This document shows positions 33,902 through 41,823 of a stretch of DNA of 64,000 nt, one piece after another. The first letter of the stretch is position 1, and each line of letters opens with the position of its first letter. This DNA is from an uncultured Mucispirillum sp. Lineage in GTDB: Bacteria > Chrysiogenota > Deferribacteres > Deferribacterales > Mucispirillaceae. The stretch is taken from NCBI GenBank assembly GCA_944324495.1, contig CALUWN010000003.1:20204-84203 (forward strand), given 5' to 3'. Both the position numbers and the translations under genes were made by a program. The notes beneath the pieces were generated by a model. The model worked only from the letters and a program-made list of their open reading frames with translations. It did not search any database and was not told the origin of the DNA.

Positions 33902-34765
33902 TTATAACTTAAATGCAAGCCCTATTGTGCCTATAAGTATTAACAGCAACCCTATAACTTCTTTTGCTTTCATTTTTTCATTGAATATGAAGTAAGATAG
34001 AACTACTGCTACAAGCACACTTAATTTATCTATGGCTGCTACTGCTGAAGTTGGTCCATCTTGTAGTGCTTTATAATATAAAAGCCAGCTTGAACCACCT
34101 GTTATACCAGCCAGCACTATAAACTTAATTTCTGATTTATCCACATTTTTTATTTCTTTATAATCTTTTTTAATAAATACTAAAAGCCATGCAGCAATTA
34201 CCACAACAAAAGTTCTTATGGCACTGCCTAAGTTTGATTCCACATTCTCTATTCCTATTTTGCCAAATATTGGTGTAAGTGCTGAAAAAATAAGTGAAAG
34301 CATGGCATATATTATCCATTTATTATTACTTTTCTCAACATCTGTTTTTTTATAATCTATTATATAGTATGTGCCAATGGTGATTATAATAAGTGATAGT
34401 AATTTTATGAGTGATATTTCTTCATTTAAGAATATAAATGAAAGTATAATAGTTAATACTAAGCTTGATTTACTTAGAGGTGAAACATTTTTTACATTAC
34501 CAATTTGCAGTGCTTTATAATAGTAATACCAGCCAGCTCCAGTTGAAAGCCCTGACAATACTAAAAAGAGCCATGTTTTTTTATCTATTAAATATATTTG
34601 ACCTTGTGAGCCTACTATTGCAACAATTATAATACTAAATAAAAATACTACCAATGTTCTTAAAGCTAAAGCCACGCTTGTATTAGTTGTGCGTACTCCT
34701 TTCTTTAAAAATATAGTTGTTATGCCTGCTACTAATGCAGAAAGTGATGCATATGCTATCCACAT
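33902..34765 (-). CDS. EamA/DMT-family transporter
   Basis: 287 aa with about 10 TM segments and two EamA-like halves (each with a ...YYKALQ.G... motif). Confidence 0.75.
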   Translation of the reverse strand: MWIAYASLSALVAGITTIFLKKGVRTTNTSVALALRTLVVFLFSIIIVAIVGSQGQIYLIDKKTWLFLVLSGLSTGAGWYYYYKALQIGNVKNVSPLSKSSLVLTIILSFIFLNEEISLIKLLSLIIITIGTYYIIDYKKTDVEKSNNKWIIYAMLSLIFSALTPIFGKIGIENVESNLGSAIRTFVVVIAAWLLVFIKKDYKEIKNVDKSEIKFIVLAGITGGSSWLLYYKALQDGPTSAVAAIDKLSVLVAVVLSYFIFNEKMKAKEVIGLLLILIGTIGLAFKL

Positions 34766-34902
34766 ATTACTTGTCCTTTAATTTATACTTATTTATCAAT
34801 CAATTAAATTTACTAATTCATATTTTTAGTTCTAAGCCATTTTTTTTAAATTTATTAGTATAAACACTCTAAATCTTAATACAGGGCAAAATTTAAAGTC
34901 AG

Positions 34903-35583
34903 TCAGATTTTCCCTTTAATACCAATAAGATTTAAGAATTTTCCACCATCTGCTTTTAAAAGTTCAATATCTTCTACTGCATATGGATTATCTGTTGCAA
35001 GCCAGCTGTCCCACGCTTCATTAAAGCATTTCATTTCTTCTAGCTTTATTTCTTTTATATTTTCTTTTAAAATATTTTCATAATATTTTATGCTTTTAAA
35101 AAACCTAAAATCTTCATCACTTATAAATCCTTTTAAATCTTGTGGTACTTTTTCATAATCATCTTTCATACCGGGTACAGCTATAAATATAAGACCATTA
35201 TCTTTTAAATAAGGTTTTATATTTTCTTTAAAAAATAATTTATCTGTTCCAAAATAGTGGTATGCATCTATGCTTACTATTATATCAAAATAATGATATG
35301 CAAATGGTAGATTTTCTGCTGATGTATTAAGTGGAATTATCCTATTTTCATAACCTTGCTCTTTAAAAAATTTATAGTTATCTGTTGCTTCCACCCATAA
35401 ATCTGCTGCAAATATTACTGCATTTTTATATTTTTCTGCTAAATATATTGATGTTAAGCCTTTACCACAACCTAAATCAAGTATTCTTATTTTATTATCA
35501 TTATTATATCCGTATAATAGTTCTCTTACTATAATAGTGCAATCTGGTCCCATTAATCTTTCGTTTAGTATATTTTTATCCAT
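34903..35583 (-). CDS. class I SAM-dependent methyltransferase
   Basis: Motif I ILDLGCGKGLTSIYLA and a post-I acidic residue (FAADL). Confidence 0.75.
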   Translation of the reverse strand: MDKNILNERLMGPDCTIIVRELLYGYNNDNKIRILDLGCGKGLTSIYLAEKYKNAVIFAADLWVEATDNYKFFKEQGYENRIIPLNTSAENLPFAYHYFDIIVSIDAYHYFGTDKLFFKENIKPYLKDNGLIFIAVPGMKDDYEKVPQDLKGFISDEDFRFFKSIKYYENILKENIKEIKLEEMKCFNEAWDSWLATDNPYAVEDIELLKADGGKFLNLIGIKGKI

Positions 35584-35661
35584 TTATTTCTCCATTTTTT
35601 TATTATATTATTTTTATTTTACTTTGTATATAATTTTAATTATTTTTTGTTTTTATTTTTT

Positions 35662-35681
35662 AATGTTTCACGTGAAACATT
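35662..35681. promoter_or_regulatory. parS (ParB/Spo0J binding site), copy 1
   Basis: AATGTTTCACGTGAAACATT is a perfect 20-bp palindrome. It contains the 16-bp parS consensus TGTTTCACGTGAAACA and lies in the divergent spacer upstream of mnmG-1. Confidence 0.85.
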
Positions 35682-35837
35682 TTTTAGTTTTTCTTTGTTT
35701 ATAGGTGGAGAAAATCATTTTTTAATTATTTGAATTATATTTTGTTCTCGTTTGTTTTATTATTTATTTATATAAATTTCTTTACAAAAAATAATTATTT
35801 ATTTATTATTAATAAATTTTTTTCTAAAAGGTATTTT

Positions 35838-37691
35838 ATGAGTTTTGAAAAGATTTATGATGTTATAGTTATAGGTGGTGGCCATGCAGGATGTGAAGCA
35901 TCTTTAGCAGCTGCTAGAATGGGAGCAGATACTTTACTGCTTACAATATCTGTAGATAATATTGCATTAATGCCATGTAACCCTGCTATTGGTGGAATTG
36001 GTAAGGGTAATTTGGTAAAAGATATGGACGCTTTAGGTGGTGAAATGGGTAAAAATATTGATGCCACAGGTATCCAGTTTAGGGTGTTAAATAAAAGAAA
36101 AGGTCCTGCTGTCTGGTGCTCAAGAGCTCAGGCAGATAAATATTTATATAAAGAACGTTTTCAACATATTATTTTTAATACTCAATCGCTTTCTGTAAAA
36201 CAGGGTATAGTGAAAGATATTCTAGTTGAAAAAGGTGAAGTTAATGGAGTTACCACTGAGTGTGGCCAACATTTTAGATGCAAAAAAATAGTAATATGTG
36301 GTGGTACTTTTATTGGTGGTGAAATATTTATTGGTGATAATGTGATGAGTGCAGGTAGAATGTATGAGCCTTCATCTACATCGCTTTCATCATCACTTAA
36401 AAAAATTGGCTTTGAACCAATAAGATTAAAGACAGATACACCAGCAAGGCTTCATATAGACAGCCTTAATTTTGACGGTTTAGAAGTTTATAAAAGTGAT
36501 GATGTAATAATACCGTTTTCTACAGAAACTACAGAGATAACGCTTCCACAAATTGAGTGTTATGGAACTTATACTAATGAAGCTACTCATGAAATAATAC
36601 GTAAAGCTGCTGAAGAAAGTATGTTTTATAATGGTGCAAGGGAAAGTAATGGTCCTAGGTACTGCCCAAGTATGGAAGATAAAGTTTTAAAATTTCCTGA
36701 AAAAACAGGCCATAAATTAGTAATAGAACCTGAAGGGCTTAATACAAAAGAAGTGCATGTAAACGGTTTTTCATGCTCTATACCTGTTGAAGCTCAGATT
36801 GCAGCTTATAGAACAGTTAAGGGAATGGAAAATGCTAAGTTTATTCGTCCAGCTTATGCTATACAGTATGATGCTTTTCAGCCTACTAATCTTAACCATA
36901 CATATGAAAGTAAAAAAGTTAAAGGGCTTTATTTTGCTGGGCAGGTAAATGGTACAAGTGGTTATGAAGAAGCAGCGGTGCAAGGTTTTATGGCGGGAGT
37001 TAATGCTGTTTTATCTCTTGATAATAAAGAAACCTTTGTGCTTGGAAGAAATGAAAGCTATATTGGAGTCTTAACAGATGATTTAGTGTTAAAAGGCGTA
37101 ACAGAGCCATATAGAATGTTTACTTCCCGCAGTGAGTTTAGGCTTCTAACTAGAGAAGATAATGCAGAAGAACGATTAATAGAATATGGGTATAAGTTTG
37201 GGCTTATAAGTAAAACCAGATATGATAGATTTAAAAAAGAGCAGGAAGAAGTAGAGCAGGAAATAGAAAGGCTTAAAAATACTCTTATTAAAAAAACAGA
37301 TGAAATAGAAAGCAGGTTAAAAGAGTATGGTGTTGAGATAAGTCAGTCATTTAAAGCAGAAGAATTACTTAAACGTCCACAATTAAATTATAATGATATT
37401 CTTACTTTTATAGGTGGCGGGTTAACAGGCAGGCAGGCAAGGCAGGTTGAAATAAAAGTAAAATATTCTGGTTATATATCAAGCATGAAACAGGAAGATG
37501 ATTTAGAAAGTATAGTGATACCTGATGGATTTTCATATGATAATATATCTGGATTAAGGCATGAATATTCTGAAAAATTAAAAAATGTAAAACCAGCAAC
37601 GCTTGGGCAGGCATTAAGAATTCCGGGTCTTACAAAGACTGCCATATCAGTTTTAGCTGTGGAAATATATAAATATAATAAAGGAAAATAA
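35838..37691 (+). CDS. mnmG: tRNA uridine 5-carboxymethylaminomethyl modification enzyme MnmG, paralog 1
   Basis: FAD motif VIVIGGGHAGCEA, CNPAIGG, KGPAV...RAQADK, GPRYCPSMEDK, GQVNGTSGYEEAA, C-terminal LRIPG. ATG 35838 fits the conserved N-terminus. Confidence 0.9.
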   Translation: MSFEKIYDVIVIGGGHAGCEASLAAARMGADTLLLTISVDNIALMPCNPAIGGIGKGNLVKDMDALGGEMGKNIDATGIQFRVLNKRKGPAVWCSRAQADKYLYKERFQHIIFNTQSLSVKQGIVKDILVEKGEVNGVTTECGQHFRCKKIVICGGTFIGGEIFIGDNVMSAGRMYEPSSTSLSSSLKKIGFEPIRLKTDTPARLHIDSLNFDGLEVYKSDDVIIPFSTETTEITLPQIECYGTYTNEATHEIIRKAAEESMFYNGARESNGPRYCPSMEDKVLKFPEKTGHKLVIEPEGLNTKEVHVNGFSCSIPVEAQIAAYRTVKGMENAKFIRPAYAIQYDAFQPTNLNHTYESKKVKGLYFAGQVNGTSGYEEAAVQGFMAGVNAVLSLDNKETFVLGRNESYIGVLTDDLVLKGVTEPYRMFTSRSEFRLLTREDNAEERLIEYGYKFGLISKTRYDRFKKEQEEVEQEIERLKNTLIKKTDEIESRLKEYGVEISQSFKAEELLKRPQLNYNDILTFIGGGLTGRQARQVEIKVKYSGYISSMKQEDDLESIVIPDGFSYDNISGLRHEYSEKLKNVKPATLGQALRIPGLTKTAISVLAVEIYKYNKGK

Positions 37692-37692
37692 A

Positions 37693-38244
37693 ATGAAAAA
37701 CTTAATAATACTAGCAGGGCTGGTTGTAATATTTTTATTTGATTTAAATGTTTATTTATCATCAGATGTTTTAAATAAATATTTATATGAATATATAATG
37801 GTTGATGTACTGCCTTATATGTCTATATTTCTTGTATATATATTATTATGTAAAATAAGCAAGTATGATTTTAATGTAAAATTTATACCGATACCTTTTT
37901 ATTCTGGTCTGATGTTTTTTTTAGCAGCAGAAGAGGTGTTGTATAAAAATTTTAAAGCATATGCTGAAGCAATTAGAAGTGTTTTGATGTATAATCACTA
38001 TGGAATAATTGTTGCATCAGGTATTGTGGCTGTTATAATTTTTATACTTAATAAAAAATACTATATGGATAAAGAAGAAGAAAGCGAAATAGAAAAGAAA
38101 TACAAAATGATTAAAGTTGAGAAAGATTCATCTAAGAATAAAATATTTGTAGGGGCAGAATATTATAAGACTATGATTGCAGGATTTTTTTCAGGTATTA
38201 TAGTTGTATTATTTAAACTGATATATTATGCAATAATGAAATAA
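37693..38244 (+). CDS. small multi-pass membrane protein, tentatively family 1 (A)
   Basis: 183 aa with about 4 TM segments, a charged linker (DKEEESEIEKKYK) and a terminal TM. The N-terminus MKNLIIL and the overall architecture resemble ORFs 39514 and 41196. The ATG lies 1 nt after the mnmG-1 stop (TAAAATG). Confidence 0.6.
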   Translation: MKNLIILAGLVVIFLFDLNVYLSSDVLNKYLYEYIMVDVLPYMSIFLVYILLCKISKYDFNVKFIPIPFYSGLMFFLAAEEVLYKNFKAYAEAIRSVLMYNHYGIIVASGIVAVIIFILNKKYYMDKEEESEIEKKYKMIKVEKDSSKNKIFVGAEYYKTMIAGFFSGIIVVLFKLIYYAIMK

Positions 38245-38254
38245 AATTTATAAA

Positions 38255-38270
38255 TGTTTCACGTGAAACA
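38255..38270. promoter_or_regulatory. parS (ParB/Spo0J binding site), copy 2
   Basis: TGTTTCACGTGAAACA is a perfect 16-bp match to the palindromic parS consensus. It lies 10 nt after the stop of ORF 37693-38244. Confidence 0.85.
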
Positions 38271-38300
38271 AAAATAAAAAGATACAAAAAGGGGAGGAAA

Positions 38301-38890
38301 ACGTATTCAAAAAATAACTTATTAGCAATAGTATTATGTATATCTATTTATGCACTTAATATAATGTTAATCATAAATGACGAACAATTATTAATGGTTG
38401 GTAATGAAAGTACTAAAATATATGTAGCAATTATACATATAATTATACCAATATTAATTATCCGATACTTTTTAAAGATAAATCAAGATGATATAATAAG
38501 TATTGAGGTTGTCCTAATATTCGCCACCTTTCTTGGACGTATCATATATAATAATATAATAGTAGCGATGATAATAAATCAAGATTTTATAACTTTAATA
38601 ATGGCATTAGCAAAAGGACCTTATCTTAACGCAGTAATTATACCTGCCTTAAAAAGTGCATCTCTTACAATAATAATTTATTTACTGATAAATATTATAA
38701 TGGAGAAAAAAATAAACAGCTCAGAAATAATACTTACAAAAAAGTTATAAAATTGGGGTTTATGTATATGGTATTTTATGTATTATATACAGCAGGAATA
38801 GATATAATATTATCAAAAATATTATATGTAAGATTTTATATGTATGACTATATGCCAGAAATAATATTTGAAGAAATAAATTCCAAATAA
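38301..38890 (+). pseudogene. decayed family 2 membrane-protein paralog (B)
   Basis: Aligns codon-for-codon with the downstream paralog 38906-39481. ACG replaces the paralog ATG (38301, still preceded by GGGGAGG). A 1-nt deletion relative to the paralog creates TAA at 38748-38750. The C-terminal homology (LGFMYMVFYVLYTAGIDIILSKI...) continues in another frame to TAA 38888-38890. The track ORF 38364-38750 is the longest intact piece. Confidence 0.7.
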
Positions 38891-38905
38891 AAAAGGAGAA
38901 ACAAT

Positions 38906-39481
38906 ATGTACCCAAAAAAAGGAATATTTGTATTTTTATTATGTACTATTATTTATGTAATAACAGCAAAAATTATCATACAAGGAGGATTTGAAGTATT
39001 GTTTGATGCAATAAGTGTTGAACTTTTCATAATACTTGTATATATCATTTCGCCTATTTATATGATACGTTACTATTTAGCAATGAAAAAAGATAATATT
39101 ATAAGTATAGAAGTTGTATTTGCTGTAGCTACATTTCTTTCAATAATAATATATAATAATATATTAATATATAGCTATGAAAGCGGAGGACTAATAGAAG
39201 AATTATTTAAACAAGGACTGTACTTTGAAATAGCAATAAAACCCGTATTTAAGAATGCTACTTTTACAATTATAATTTTTCTCTTAATAAATGTTATTAT
39301 GGAAAAGAAAATAAATAGTTCAGAAATAAGAATATCAAAACAGTTAGTAATGGCAGGCATAATATATATGATACTTTTAACAATATATACTGTAGGGGCA
39401 GACTTGGTATTAGAAAAAATAAGATATAAATTGCTTGAATATACACCAGAAAACTTATATTATGACTTAATAGATAGATAG
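38906..39481 (+). CDS. small multi-pass membrane protein, family 2 (C)
   Basis: 191 aa with about 5 TM segments and an AAGGAG SD. Shares IISIEVV, IIYNNI and INxIMEKKINSSEI blocks with the 38301 pseudogene, and the MYPKK N-terminus with ORF 40075. Confidence 0.7.
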   Translation: MYPKKGIFVFLLCTIIYVITAKIIIQGGFEVLFDAISVELFIILVYIISPIYMIRYYLAMKKDNIISIEVVFAVATFLSIIIYNNILIYSYESGGLIEELFKQGLYFEIAIKPVFKNATFTIIIFLLINVIMEKKINSSEIRISKQLVMAGIIYMILLTIYTVGADLVLEKIRYKLLEYTPENLYYDLIDR

Positions 39482-39513
39482 ACGAAAATAATAAAACAAA
39501 AAGGAGAGATAAA

Positions 39514-40041
39514 ATGAAAAATATAAAATTTTTAATCACAATAGTACCTGTAGTAATAATAGACTATGTGATAAATATGCTGCTGCACAGGCAAAGCACC
39601 ATTCTAGGTAGTACACTTAATGAAGTATTGGTAGTAGATATTATAACTATTGCTTCTGTTGTATTTTACATGGTATTTTTAGATACTATATATATGAAAA
39701 GATTTAGCATAGGGTTAAACCTTAAATACTATTTTACAGGAATATTAATATACTGCATATTTGATATAGCTGTAGTGCAATTATTTCTTTATAATAGTGT
39801 TAAATATGATGGTTTATTTTATGCAGGTTTAGCTGTTATATCATTAATTGCTCTAATACTAACTAGTAAAAAAGAAACAGGCAATAATAACATAATTGAT
39901 GCAACTATAAATAATCAAGCATCACAGACAAAAAATATAGCAGCAGCAAAAAATATAAATATAATGTCATTTGCAATGGGAAGCAGTGTGCCTGTAGTAA
40001 TGCTTTTTATAAGAGCTATTATGTTTGTTTATAGAACATAA
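39514..40041 (+). CDS. small multi-pass membrane protein, family 1 (D)
   Basis: 175 aa with an AAGGAGAG SD. Paralog of 41196-41720: shared V(I)ID-x2-IN, Y-x-K-+, YF-x-G, an Asn-rich linker, then NI-x-I-x-SFA-x-G and a terminal TM. Confidence 0.7.
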   Translation: MKNIKFLITIVPVVIIDYVINMLLHRQSTILGSTLNEVLVVDIITIASVVFYMVFLDTIYMKRFSIGLNLKYYFTGILIYCIFDIAVVQLFLYNSVKYDGLFYAGLAVISLIALILTSKKETGNNNIIDATINNQASQTKNIAAAKNINIMSFAMGSSVPVVMLFIRAIMFVYRT

Positions 40042-40074
40042 GGCTAAGAGTAAAATTTAATAAAGAGCAAACAT

Positions 40075-40710
40075 ATGATATATCCAAAAAAATTGTACGC
40101 AGCATTAATTTTATACAGTATTATGTATATAGTTACATTTTTAATTGTAGTAATATTAATGCATTATATAAGTGATGAAGAATGTATAATTAAATATGGG
40201 ATTGATGAAACTAAAAACATATATGAAATATTAATAACTTACAGTTTGAGCTATTATATACTATACATATTGATACCTATAATTAGTATATATAAAATGT
40301 ATGAGAAATATGAGTATATAAAAAAATATTATGAAGTGTTTGTATCATCCATAATTGCAAGTTTTTTTATTACGAATTTCATAGTAGGTGTATCAACTAC
40401 ATTATTTGAAATGAGAGGAAATACGTTTACAGAATTAGTAATAAATTTACTTAATTATACCTATTTTATATATGATATATCTATGTTTGCTATTTTAACA
40501 ATATTTATAATATTTCTTACAACAATAGATATAATAAATGTAAAAAGTAGAAAGAAAAAAGAAAAAAATAATGTAGAAATAGAAAATATAGAAGAATATA
40601 AAATAAATCAAAATAAAGAGTTTGAAAAACAAAATTTACTAAAGAAAAAAGTCATTAAAATAGGAGTATTATTCGGAGTGATTTTAGTGATAATAGAAAA
40701 GATTTTATAA
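40075..40710 (+). CDS. small multi-pass membrane protein, divergent family 2 (E)
   Basis: 211 aa. The N-terminus MIYPKKLYAALILYSIMYIV parallels MYPKKGIFVFLLCTIIYVI of ORF 38906. It has several TM segments, a Lys/Glu-rich linker and a terminal TM. Confidence 0.6.
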   Translation: MIYPKKLYAALILYSIMYIVTFLIVVILMHYISDEECIIKYGIDETKNIYEILITYSLSYYILYILIPIISIYKMYEKYEYIKKYYEVFVSSIIASFFITNFIVGVSTTLFEMRGNTFTELVINLLNYTYFIYDISMFAILTIFIIFLTTIDIINVKSRKKKEKNNVEIENIEEYKINQNKEFEKQNLLKKKVIKIGVLFGVILVIIEKIL

Positions 40711-40765
40711 AATATAAGATAACATATAAGAAAAAATATTATGGTAAAATATACAAGGGATAATA

Positions 40766-41017
40766 ATGAATAAATGGAAAGCATTTAAAATAATATTATT
40801 TTTTATACTATCGCTTGTGATAATTACAGGAGTATTAGCTGCTGCTGTAAGAAGTATGATGGATACAGGCTATCATCAAATATATTTAATAATATTGTTT
40901 ATGGTGCTGTTTACTTTTACTTATATTTGGCGTGGAAAAAGCCAAAGAAATAGTTTTATAATAGCAGTGATAGTGGCAGTAATTACAAGTATAATATTAA
41001 GAATGTATCAAATATAA
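40766..41017 (+). CDS. small 3-TM membrane protein (F)
   Basis: 83 aa with three hydrophobic segments. Same strand and spacing as its neighbours. No recognisable motif. Confidence 0.5.
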   Translation: MNKWKAFKIILFFILSLVIITGVLAAAVRSMMDTGYHQIYLIILFMVLFTFTYIWRGKSQRNSFIIAVIVAVITSIILRMYQI

Positions 41018-41195
41018 CAGTGTAAAACCAAATAATAAAATAAGAATAAACAAAAACTCAGCAAACTAAATAGGTCTGGAAAAGTCAAATTAAATCTTAA
41101 AAAATAAAAGGATAGATGAATATAGAAAATAATATATTATTGCATAAGATAAAATAATATATTAAGATAGAAAAAATTTGTAAAAATGGAAGAAA

Positions 41196-41720
41196 ATGAG
41201 AAATAAACTAATAATACTATCAGTAATATCTGCAATAGTGATTGATATAATAATAAATTATATACATTTAAAAGAAAGCATAAATATAGATGTATTAATA
41301 AAAGATGTGGCCTATGTAAATGGATTAACATATCTGTTTATATTTCTTTATCTCACTTTGTGTGATAAAATGTATATTAAAAAGTATGGAAGAGGTGCTG
41401 ACTATCTATTCTACTTTTTAGGAGTATTTGTAGAATCAATTATCAATATTATAATTGTTAAACAGATGTCAATTCAATTTGGAATTATAGATATTAAATA
41501 TATCGGTATGGGTGTAACATCATTATTTATAGTACTATTCTATATATTTAATAAAAACAAAAATACAGATATACTGGAAGAAACTCAAATAAATAATGCA
41601 AATATAGATAAAGTAAAAAATAAGCAAATAGATGTAAATATAAAAATAATTTCTTTTGCACTTGGACAAGCAAATGCTATTATGATAATGATACCAGTAG
41701 TAAGTAAAATGTATATTTAG
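41196..41720 (+). CDS. small multi-pass membrane protein, family 1 (G)
   Basis: 174 aa. Paralog of 39514-40041, with the same motif order and length. Confidence 0.7.
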   Translation: MRNKLIILSVISAIVIDIIINYIHLKESINIDVLIKDVAYVNGLTYLFIFLYLTLCDKMYIKKYGRGADYLFYFLGVFVESIINIIIVKQMSIQFGIIDIKYIGMGVTSLFIVLFYIFNKNKNTDILEETQINNANIDKVKNKQIDVNIKIISFALGQANAIMIMIPVVSKMYI

Positions 41721-41823
41721 AAATACAAAAATAAAATAATAAACAGTGTAATGTGATAAAAAATATTAGGTACAATTTATTACAAAAAGGGAAAGAGAAA
41801 ATAACAGGTTGGAAAGAAAATAA

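Noticed and set aside
37915-37960. EEVLYK in membrane protein A as a CPBP/CAAX-protease EExxxR motif
   Set aside because: The motif is not conserved in paralogs D and G. The companion FxxxH and HxxxN/D motifs are not evident.
41137-41331. 64-aa - strand ORF overlapping the start of family 1 gene G, and similar antisense ORFs in the array (39175-39360, 39297-39539)
   Set aside because: The + strand ORFs have SD sequences and paralog support. The - strand ORFs are Leu/Ile/Phe-rich mirror artefacts of AT-rich DNA.
31464-41823. Calling the accessory block a genomic island or mobile element
   Set aside because: I could find no integrase, transposase, phage or conjugation genes, no tRNA target and no flanking direct repeats. 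It is reported only as a synteny break.
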